A stretch of DNA of 64,000 bases from Nemertoderma westbladi (Eukaryota > Animalia > Xenacoelomorpha). The position numbers and the translations under genes are program-made. A model generated the notes under the pieces. It saw only the letters and a list, made by a program, of their open reading frames with translations, ran no database searches and was not told the DNA's origin. The DNA lies in contig JAUCBJ010009107.1 of NCBI GenBank assembly GCA_032718475.1, positions 1 through 64,000 of the forward strand, read 5' to 3'. Positions 52,501-62,153 of this stretch are shown here, one piece after another; position 1 is the first letter of the stretch; each line of letters starts with the position of its first letter.

Positions 52501-55500
52501 GATAGGGTAGCCAAAGTATTTAGTTTAGAGTCACCTTAGTTAGATAGGGTAGCCAAAGTATTTAGTTTAGAGTCACCTTAGTTAGATAGGGTAGCCAAAG
52601 TATTTAGTTTAGAGTCACCTTAGTTAGATAGGGTAGCCAAAGTATTTAGTTTAGAGTCACCTTAGTTAGATAGGGTAGCCAAAGTATTTAGTTTAGAGTC
52701 ACCTTAGTTAGATAGGGTAGCCAAAGTATTTAGTTTAGAGTCACCTTAGTTAGATAGGGTAGCCAAAGTATTTAGTTTAGAGTCACCTTAGTTAGATAGG
52801 GTAGCCAAAGTATTTAGTTTAGAGTCACCTTAGTTAGATAGGGTAGCCAAAGTATTTAGTTTAGAGTCACCTTAGTTAGATAGGGTAGCCAAAGTATTTA
52901 GTTTAGAGTCACCTTAGTTAGATAGGGTAGCCAAAGTATTTAGTTTAGAGTCACCTTAGTTAGATAGGGTATCCAAAGTATTTAGTTTAGAGTCACCTTA
53001 GTTAGATAGGGTAGCCAAAGTATTTAGTTTAGAGTCACCTTAGTTAGATAGGGTAGCCAAAGTATTTAGTTTAGAGTCACCTTAGTTAGATAGGGTAGCC
53101 AAAGTATTTAGTTTAGAGTCACCTTAGTTAGATAGGGTATCCAAAGTATTTAGTTTAGAGTCACCTTAGTTAGATAGGGTATCCAAAGTATTTAGTTTAG
53201 AGTCACCTTAGTTAGATAGGGTAGCCAAAGTATTTAGTTTAGAGTCACCTTAGTTAGATAGGGTAGCCAAAGTATTTAGTTTAGAGTCACCTTAGTTAGA
53301 TAGGGTAGCCAAAGTATTTAGTTTAGAGTCACCTTAGTTAGATAGGGTAGCCAAAGTATTTAGTTTAGAGTCACCTTAGTTAGATAGGGTATCCAAAGTA
53401 TTTAGTTTAGAGTCACCTTAGTTAGATAGGGTAGCCAAAGTATTTAGTTTAGAGTCACCTTAGTTAGATAGGGTAGCCAAAGTATTTAGTTTAGAGTCAC
53501 CTTAGTTAGATAGGGTAGCCAAAGTATTTAGTTTAGAGTCACCTTAGTTAGATAGGGTAGCCAAAGTATTTAGTTTAGAGTCACCTTAGTTAGATAGGGT
53601 AGCCAAAGTATTTAGTTTAGAGTCACCTTAGTTAGATAGGGTAGCCAAAGTATTTAGTTTAGAGTCACCTTAGTTAGATAGGGTAGCCAAAGTATTTAGT
53701 TTAGAGTCACCTTAGTTAGATAGGGTAGCCAAAGTATTTAGTTTAGAGTCACCTTAGTTAGATAGGGTAGCCAAAGTATTTAGTTTAGAGTCACCTTAGT
53801 TAGATAGGGTATCCAAAGTATTTAGTTTAGAGTCACCTTAGTTAGATAGGGTAGCCAAAGTATTTAGTTTAGAGTCACCTTAGTTAGATAGGGTATCCAA
53901 AGTATTTAGTTTAGAGTCACCTTAGTTAGATAGGGTAGCCAAAGTATTTAGTTTAGAGTCACCTTAGTTAGATAGGGTAGCCAAAGTATTTAGTTTAGAG
54001 TCACCTTAGTTAGATAGGGTATCCAAAGTATTTAGTTTAGAGTCACCTTAGTTAGATAGGGTAGCCAAAGTATTTAGTTTAGAGTCACCTTAGTTAGATA
54101 GGGTAGCCAAAGTATTTAGTTTAGAGTCACCTTAGTTAGATAGGGTAGCCAAAGTATTTAGTTTAGAGTCACCTTAGTTAGATAGGGTATCCAAAGTATT
54201 TAGTTTAGAGTCACCTTAGTTAGATAGGGTAGCCAAAGTATTTAGTTTAGAGTCACCTTAGTTAGATAGGGTATCCAAAGTATTTAGTTTAGAGTCACCT
54301 TAGTTAGATAGGGTAGCCAAAGTATTTAGTTTAGAGTCACCTTAGTTAGATAGGGTAGCCAAAGTATTTAGTTTAGAGTCACCTTAGTTAGATAGGGTAG
54401 CCAAAGTATTTAGTTTAGAGTCACCTTAGTTAGATAGGGTAGCCAAAGTATTTAGTTTAGAGTCACCTTAGTTAGATAGGGTAGCCAAAGTATTTAGTTT
54501 AGAGTCACCTTAGTTAGATAGGGTAGCCAAAGTATTTAGTTTAGAGTCACCTTAGTTAGATAGGGTAGCCAAAGTATTTAGTTTAGAGTCACCTTAGTTA
54601 GATAGGGTATCCAAAGTATTTAGTTTAGAGTCACCTTAGTTAGATAGGGTAGCCAAAGTATTTAGTTTAGAGTCACCTTAGTTAGATAGGGTAGCCAAAG
54701 TATTTAGTTTAGAGTCACCTTAGTTAGATAGGGTAGCCAAAGTATTTAGTTTAGAGTCACCTTAGTTAGATAGGGTAGCCAAAGTATTTAGTTTAGAGTC
54801 ACCTTAGTTAGATAGGGTAGCCAAAGTATTTAGTTTAGAGTCACCTTAGTTAGATAGGGTAGCCAAAGTATTTAGTTTAGAGTCACCTTAGTTAGATAGG
54901 GTAACCAAAGTATTTAGTTTAGAGTCACCTTAGTTAGATAGGGTAGCCAAAGTATTTAGTTTAGAGTCACCTTAGTTAGATAGGGTAGCCAAAGTATTTA
55001 GTTTAGAGTCACCTTAATTAGATAGGGTATCCAAAGTATTTAGTTTAGAGTCACCTTAGTTAGATAGGGTAGCCAAAGTATTTAGTTTAGAGTCACCTTA
55101 GTTAGATAGGGTATCCAAAGTATTTAGTTTAGAGTCACCTTAGTTAGATAGGGTAGCAAAAGTATTTAGTTTAGAGTCACATTAGTTAGATAGGGTAGCC
55201 AAAGTATTTAGTTTAGAGTCACCTTAGTTAGATAGGGTAGCCAAAGTATTTAGTTTAGAGTCACCTTAATTAGATAGGGTAGCCAAAGTATTTAGTTTAG
55301 AGTCACCTTAGTTAGATAGGGTAGCCAAAGTATTTAGTTTCGAGTCACCTTAGTTAGATAGGGTAGCCAAAGTATTTAGTTTAGAGTCACCTTAGTTAGA
55401 TAGGGTAACCAAAGTATTTAGTTTAGAGTCACCTTAGTTAGATAGGGTAGCCAAAGTATTTAGTTTAGAGTCACCTTAGTTAGATAGGGTAGCCAAAGTA

Positions 55501-55945
55501 TTTAGTTTAGAGTCACCTCAGTTAGATAGGGTAGCCAAAGTATTTAGTTTAGAGTCACCTTATTTAGATAGGGTAGCCAAAGTATTTAGTTTAGAGTCAC
55601 CTTAGTTAGATAGGGTATCCAAAGTATTTAGTTTAGAGTCAGCTTAGTTAGATAGGGTAGCCAAAGTATTTAGTTTAGAGTCACCTTAGTTAGATAGGGT
55701 AGCCAAAGTATTTAGTAGTTTAGAGTCACCTTAGTTAGATAGGGTAGCCAAAGTATTTAGTTTAGAGTCACCTTAGTTAGATAGGGTAGCCAAAGTATTT
55801 AGTTTAGAGTCACCTTAGTTAGATAGGGTAGCCAAAGTATTTAGTTTAGAGTCACCTTAGTTAGATAGGGTAGCCAAAGTATTTAGTTTAGAGTCACCTT
55901 AGTTAGATAGGGTAGCCAAAGTATTTAGTTTAGAGTCACCTTAGT
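46578..55945. repeat. 42-bp satellite (AGATAGGGTAGCCAAAGTATTTAGTTTAGAGTCACCTTAGTT), about 223 copies, left end lost in the gap
   Basis: Nearly perfect tandem copies; substitutions become denser toward the right edge. Confidence 0.99.
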
Positions 55946-56440
55946 AAACTTTTAATTGTAAGAAGATCCTAATAAATGTTAAATATTTCAGAAAATTAAT
56001 GTGTAAAGTGTCACTCGGTGTGCTGTTAAGAGCGGTTTGTTGCATCAAGTTAAATAATAAATGGTTTGAGTGAGTACAAATACAGATATAATAAGTATTA
56101 CAACACTGTATGTACCAGTATAGCATTATTCCAAAATTTTAACATTTCAAAATTTCAGAAAAATGCAAATGATTAAAAAACTGTTTCCGAAGTTTTTTTT
56201 TAAAAATGCATCATAATCTATAGTCAAAAACTAATCGAAAATCATCGCTAATAAAAAAAGTTTAGATTCGATTAATTTGGACTTCTTCTAGACTAGACAT
56301 TCATCCATAATTTATAGTTGTTAGTATCCTGGTTACATTGATAATGAACATTAAACATATATTTATTTACCTAATAATATTGGAACAATAGTAGAATATA
56401 AATTAATTGAGTTAATTAGTTCTACTTATATTTTATTTAG

Positions 56441-56670
56441 TAATAAATGGAGAGAAGGCGGCATTCAATAGTGCGGCTCTGGCAGAGAAGCGACAACGTG
56501 CCATGGAGATGATTATACGAAATATCCATAGCGATTACGGAGGTTGTCCGCCAGATGGCGCCTCGAAAACGGCGATTCGTCGGTCACTTATTGACGTTAT
56601 TGACCAATCAAAGGGCTCCAATAAGCGGAAGGAAGAACTTCGGAGGGGAGAGTTTATTCGGTTCGGAAAG
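56441..56670 (+). CDS. GARNL3: GARNL3 exon: (L)INGEKAAFNSAALAEKRQRAMEMIIRNIHSDY...IRRSLIDV...KRKEELRRGEFIRFGK
   Basis: Acceptor ttttatttAG ends at 56440; donor AAG|GTGAGA at 56671; 230 bp, phase 1 to 0. LINGEKA is the RapGAP C-terminal motif. KEE.R..EF.R.G matches GARNL3 as recalled. Overlaps track ORF 56503-56718. Confidence 0.92.
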
Positions 56671-56708
56671 GTGAGAGAACGAATATATCCTACAATAATT
56701 AATGTAAA

Positions 56709-57671
56709 ACAGCTATAACTTACCGCCATTAGCAGCTAAAACTTACCGCCATTAGCAGCTAAAACTTACCACCAGTAGCAGCTAAAACTTACCACCATTA
56801 GCAGCTAAAACTTACCACCATTAGCAGCTAAAACTTACCACCAGTAGCAGCTAAAACTTACCACCATTAACAGCTAAAACTTACCACTATTAGCAGCTAA
56901 AACTTACCACCATTAGCAGCTAAAACTTACCACCATTAGCAGCTAAAACTTACCACCATTAGCAGCTAAAACTTACCACCATTAGCAGCTAAAACTTACC
57001 ACCGTTAGCAGCTAAAACTTAGCAACTTTAGCAGTTAAATCTAACCAACTTCAGCAGTTAAAACATACCAACTTTAGCTGTTAAACTTGCCACCGCTAGC
57101 ATGTAAACTTGCCACCATTACCAGCTATAACTTACCACCATTAGTAGCTATAACTGACCACCATTAGCAGCTAAAACTTACCACCATTAGCAGCTATAAC
57201 TTACCACCATTAGCAGCTAAAACTTAGCAACTTTAGCAGTTAAATCTTACCAACTTCAGCAGCTAAAACTTACCAACTTCAGCAGTTAAAACTTACCAAC
57301 TTTAGCTGTTAAACTTGCCGCCGTTAGCATGTAAACTTGCCACCATTAGAATGTAAACTTACCACCATTAGCAGCTAAAACTTACCACCATTATCAGTTA
57401 AAACTTACCACCATTAGCAGCTAAGACTTAGCAACTTTAGCAGTTAAATCTTACCAACTTCAGCAGCTAAAACTTACCAACTTCAGCAGTTAAAACTTAC
57501 CAACTTTAGCAGTTAAAACTTACCACCATTAGCAGTTAAAACTTACCACCATTAGCAGTTAAGACTTAGCAACTGTAGCAGTTAAATCTTACCAACTTTA
57601 GCAGTTAAATCTTACCAAATTCAGTAGCTAAAACTTACCAACTTCAGCAGTTAAAACTTACCAACTTTAGC
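56709..57671. repeat. 22/23-bp minisatellite (TTAGCAGCTAAAACTTACCACCA), about 42 copies, interrupted by the LTR element
   Basis: Visible tandem unit with sub-variants (CAACTTT/CAACTTC); ends abruptly at TGTAAC. Confidence 0.96.
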
Positions 57672-58298
57672 TGTAACGGGAGCCAACGGAGTTGGCAGTA
57701 TCAGCTCCCGACTGGTATGTGAGTTGTACTCGTCGCCGCGTCCATGAGATATGGATATATATTAGGCCGAAGGCCGTTGAAAATGACTGAGTTCTTGTTA
57801 TCAGTATTAATAATCACAGTAATCGATAATAGCACAGTCTGAATATAATAGCATGCAATACTGCGGTTAGTGACAACGGTCAAAACTGTTCCGGTCTCAC
57901 AACTGTAAGGAAACCAACTAAACTAATAATCAATAATCACAACGGTTATATCATTGACACATGTTAAATTACCCCTACACTACAGGGTGGCCTTAATATC
58001 TAATAGATATACTCTTATCACCCCCAATGTGCTTTCCCGCCCACTATTGGCTTAACCTGATTAATTCTCACCTCGCCCCCCCTGCTGCCGTTATCCCTTC
58101 GTGCTAGCCTTACTAGCTTGTTTATCCCTCTGAGGTGGTTTAACCTCTCACCTCTCTCTGTGGCTTACGGTGTGTGTCGCCCCCCCAGTTGGTTATGAGG
58201 TGAGATTATTATTGGTAATCTCACATCGCCAACTATATTGGTAAAATGCCACTAATCCCATTTTCTGTGGGTAGTGCACGGAATTGAATCCGCTTACA
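57672..58298 (-). repeat. 3' LTR, 627 bp
   Basis: On the minus strand it begins TGTAAGCGG right after the PPT and ends CCCGTTACA at the minisatellite junction, giving TGTAA...TTACA inverted termini. The partner LTR is outside the window. Confidence 0.85.
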
Positions 58299-58312
58299 CT
58301 CCCCCCCCCCCC
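58299..58312 (-). promoter_or_regulatory. Polypurine tract (G12-AG), plus-strand primer
   Basis: The plus strand reads TTACA-CT-C12, so a purine run abuts the LTR start. G-rich PPTs are typical of BEL/Pao. Confidence 0.85.
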
Positions 58313-58983
58313 ATGCTATCTTCCCGGTGAGAAGATAGCATCAACCTCAAGTGCGCTTCAATTCCGCTGGAATCCTATCTAATATTGGATGTGGGGTGGA
58401 ATTTTCTTCTCGGGGTTGGCTTTCCAGGCTGGCCCCCATGGGTCTGTTATCACTACCCATCATTGGTACACCTGCGAGCTATGTTGTACCAAGGCATCTG
58501 GCGTCTCTGTTTTAGATGATCGCCCTCACTCCTCACACAATATTTCTCATGGACTTTGTTGTCCCTTCCTCTCTCACCAGTCCCTTGGGACTCATCCTCC
58601 TCTATGCTCGCCCCCCACACTTGAATTTCGCACTTCTTTCACTTCCTTAACTGTAGCACCTTCTCCCCATGCGTCCCCCATTCCCCCATACTCAACCCGT
58701 TTTTGTTGTCACTCTCCACACTCTTATCGGGTCCCACGCATGTGTGCACCATGTCTGTGAGATCCGTCTAATGTCTCGTTCTCCTACTCTAGTCAATTGG
58801 TCCCCAATCCCAGTAGCTAGTTGGAAGAGGTTATATTCGACTATAGTACATATGTTGATTATATTGGATATTAATTAATTAATCTTTACGTACGTACATA
58901 CTAATTGCACTTGATTAATTGCACTTAGGAGTTTGTACTGTTGCGTTCATGTAGTGCCTTCCAGGCACCCCTGTTCCTGACTT

Positions 58984-59841
58984 CTAGTTTACTCCTCCCA
59001 TCTTCGGGAACCATCTGAGTTCCTTGCCCCTATCGTCATCTTGCCTGGGCCGCTTCCTGCCTTCCTGTTTATCCTTGAGGCTACTCATCCTCAACGATAC
59101 CGTCTTACCAAGCCCCGTTGTTGGTTCTTTGGGCGCAGGTGTTATCAACTCCCGGTATCGCTTCGCAGGTGGTCCCACTGAGTGTCCCTCCTGTCTCCCT
59201 CTGGTAGCATCCCACAAGATCATTTTCATCGCGCGCGGCACGTGTTCCCCCAGAAAGTCCCTGAATTCGATCCTATTTCCTGGTGACCATCTGTCTAGGT
59301 ATCTTTGGGTGTTGATGACCCCTCCGTACGATGCCGCTGTCGCTACCTCCTGATACGTGAATGGTAGTCTCCTCTTGGTGATCTGCTGGTGGGCTTCCAT
59401 GTTAATGTTAAAGAAGCCCCACCGGAACTCCTGGGCCTTCATCCTTTGTCGTGACATGACTCCGACGTCGGCCCACTCCTCGATAATCAGGAACTTTTCC
59501 TCATCGTCCATCCAGTCGCACTGGCGCTCAAAGTGCCCCCTAAACTTGCACTTTGAACATCTGTTGTGCAACCTCGGACACGCACCCATCTTATGAGTAG
59601 ACTTGCGGCAGTAGAGACAGGCCGTCTCCTTCTGGAAATGGTATAGACAGTTCTTTTGCTGATGGGTTAATCTCCCACAGTAATCGCAACCGTGTACCAT
59701 TGTGTCCCGCTCCGTCCTTGGCGTCGTCCTTGGCTCAGCGTGGCGTCCTGGGTCTATGGAGTCGCTGGTAGGCAAACATCTGGACGCTGTCCTCCCTACC
59801 CATGTCGATGTCCTCCTCCACCCTCGGCATTGTTTCTCCAA
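58984..59841 (-). CDS. C-terminal part of the accessory gene: three CX2CX4HX4C zinc knuckles plus a basic tail
   Basis: CDYCGRLTHQQKNC, CLYCRKSTHKMGAC and CSKCKFRGHFERQC at about 59518-59688; NLS-like PPAKRYR and RKRPR. Probably joined to the upstream ORF by a 1-nt frameshift near 59740. Confidence 0.8.
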   Translation of the reverse strand: MEKQCRGWRRTSTWVGRTASRCLPTSDSIDPGRHAEPRTTPRTERDTMVHGCDYCGRLTHQQKNCLYHFQKETACLYCRKSTHKMGACPRLHNRCSKCKFRGHFERQCDWMDDEEKFLIIEEWADVGVMSRQRMKAQEFRWGFFNINMEAHQQITKRRLPFTYQEVATAASYGGVINTQRYLDRWSPGNRIEFRDFLGEHVPRAMKMILWDATRGRQEGHSVGPPAKRYRELITPAPKEPTTGLGKTVSLRMSSLKDKQEGRKRPRQDDDRGKELRWFPKMGGVN

Positions 59842-61540
59842 ACACTACCCGTGGTGCCGTCCCCGGTTGCTCGCCCAACCTGATCGTACTCGCCGCAAAG
59901 TCCATTGCTGGCTCCCCGTGCTCCCAGGTCCACTTACCGGGTTTGTCCCAGAAGGCTCTCGCCCTGCTGGCTGTCACCACCCTCCCGTCCACGCAGTCCG
60001 TATCTGAGTGGCCGATCCTCGCCATTGGCGGCATCGCCCCGAACTCGTCCTCTTCTTCCTTCCCTGCCGGGAGTGGATCCAAACCCGGTAGCCTGGTTGA
60101 TCCACTATGTCCCTTTTCACCATGGTATCCGCCCATAGCCTTCCACCCTTCTACCTCCCTCTGTCTCTTCCTTCCGATGTCGCCCTCAGAGCCCGCTGGC
60201 ATGGGCATTCTTTGCAACCCCGATGTAGATTGTATCGGTGTCTCTTCCATCCAACCCAGTTCGTCCCCCAGCCGAAACTCGTCTGAGGTCTCCGATCCCC
60301 ACCTCAACTCGTCCAAATCCTGGGCTTCGAACTCATATTCCTTTCCCCTTATTTCCGCTTCTCTGCCCGCTGCCTCCCTTCTCTCTCTCCTGGCGACCTC
60401 CTCTAGTCTCTTCTCCTCGACCCTATCCACCTCCAGTTTCCTCCATCGTTTGTACGGTGTGTCTACCTCTCTGTCCACTAGCTGTCGGGTATCGTAATAT
60501 ACCGACTCACCCTTCAGCCCCGGGTGGTCTACAAGACCCTCTAAGGCCACCTTAAAGGCTCTCCTGTGATTCAGTGGTGCTCCTGATAGTAGAAACGCCG
60601 TCGGCTCCCTCCCGATAATCACCGTAATGAATAGGTTTAATAAACCTATCATTATCCAATCCTCCTGTAGGATATATCTCATCTGATATATCTTTATCGC
60701 TCCCTTTTGGAACTGATACACTTCCTGCTTTCCTGGTCTCACTCCCCACTTCAGTGAGTTCGCAAGTTCCGCTCTGTATTCTTCCCGGAACTTGTTCCAG
60801 TCCATCGGCTTGTGGCAGACGAGTCCCATCAGTTGGCCCATCGCCATGGCTCCGCAATGTCCCGTGTTCTCCACCAATCCCAATCCCTCTGGTCTCGTCA
60901 TAGCCATATAGACTACCTGCATGTCCAGGAGATTGGAGGTGTCCGGTCCAATAATCCTATCTGCGTCATCACGTATCGCCGATCCCACCTTGATCATAGT
61001 TTTCTGTCTCACTAGCTCCTGCACCGCCCTCGGCAACCGGTTTAACTTCGGCCCGCTTTTCTTTCCGTAGGTCCCCAGGTCGAATAGAAAAATATCTCCG
61101 TTCGGCGCTGCCAAGTGCAGCAATATAGTTCTAGCCGATCCTCCCGACCCCCTTCTCGAGCCCTCATCATCCTCCACAGTCCCTTCGTCGTCTAGGACCA
61201 TGTATCCACCTCTCTCCACGGAATCTACAAATCTCCTCCACTCCTTCCTCAGTGGTTCCCTCGGATACTTCGGTATCCCAAACTTTGCCTCGCCTCCCTT
61301 TACAACATAGCGAAGATGCTCGAGGATCGCGTTGTCCAACGATGGCATCCCGTAGGTCCCAACCAGTCGTCGCTCATGTATCTCCCTAAACTGATCCTGT
61401 AGCGCGTGCGCTTTGTGACCCTTTGTGAGTAGTTTGTAGTATCCCTTCGTTGTGTTCTCCGGATGCCTTTGCGTGAAGTCCACTAGCAACTCCTTCCCAG
61501 TCTTCTCCGATTTTCACTTCTTCACTAATCTCTCTGCCAT
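59735..61540 (-). pseudogene. N-terminal part of the accessory gene: DEDDy (RNase D/WRN/EXD2/Mut-7-like) 3'-5' exonuclease domain plus a charged linker
   Basis: Motifs in family order: YMVLDDEG (ExoI DxE), LLHLA.PNG.IFLFDL, LP.AVQELV, IKVGSAIRDDADRI (ExoII), LLDMQ, QMRYILQED (ExoIII-like). In-frame ATG at 61540 (gtgATGG) with a premature TGA at 61516-61514; 584 open codons from 61489. Confidence 0.75.
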
Positions 61541-61636
61541 CACGAATCTGCACACTCTCACGTAACTGGTGGGGCCTTACAAAGGCTCAGTTTAAGTAAG
61601 AGGGTTGTCGAACAGAATGTTACTAGTTCCGATCAG

Positions 61637-62065
61637 TACTGTGTACCCCTCTACTACGGTATGTGTACATACCCCCCCCCCCCCCCACACAATTCCTCAC
61701 GTGGCGCGATCAGTGCCTACAGGTTTACGGTACTGTGTACCCTTCTACTACGGTATGCGTACATACCCCCCAATTCCTCACGTGGTTCCCTCAGTGCCTA
61801 CAGGTTTACGGTACTGTGTACCCTTCTACTACGGTATGCGTACATACCCCCCAATTCCTCATGTGGCGCCCTCAGTGCCCACAAGTTTACGGTACTGTGT
61901 ACCCCTCGACTATGGTATGTGTACATAACCCCCCCCCACCCCCCCTCAATTCCTCACATGGCGCCCTCAGTGCCCACAAACTTACGGTACTGTGTACCCC
62001 TCGACTACGGTACGCGTACATACCCCCCTCAATTCATCATGTGGCACCCTCAACGCCCACATGTA
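61637..62065. repeat. Five ~81-95-bp tandem repeats internal to the retrotransposon
   Basis: TACTGTGTACCC restarts at 61637, 61731, 61812, 61893 and 61988; length variation lies in poly-C tracts. Confidence 0.93.
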
Positions 62066-62153
62066 CTAACTACTTATTTTATTATTTTGTTTTATTTTGT
62101 TTATTTTTTATTTTTATTTGTGGGAAGGGCGTCTCGCCCTCATTCCCACCCCC

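Noticed and set aside
3650-55945. CRISPR-like array
   Set aside because: Units are head-to-tail with no unique spacers, there are no cas genes, and the context is a eukaryotic intron.
46578-55945. Telomere or interstitial telomeric array
   Set aside because: There are no tandem TTAGG/TTAGGG units, and the array sits between two exons of one gene.
56503-56729. Standalone 71-aa plus ORF and 64-aa minus ORF
   Set aside because: The first is part of the GARNL3 exon read through into the intron; the second is its antisense shadow.
58984-59841. Zinc-knuckle ORF as the element's gag, or the cargo as env
   Set aside because: It lies 3' of pol, whereas BEL gag is 5' and fused to pol. No capsid-like region, signal peptide or C-terminal TM anchor is evident.
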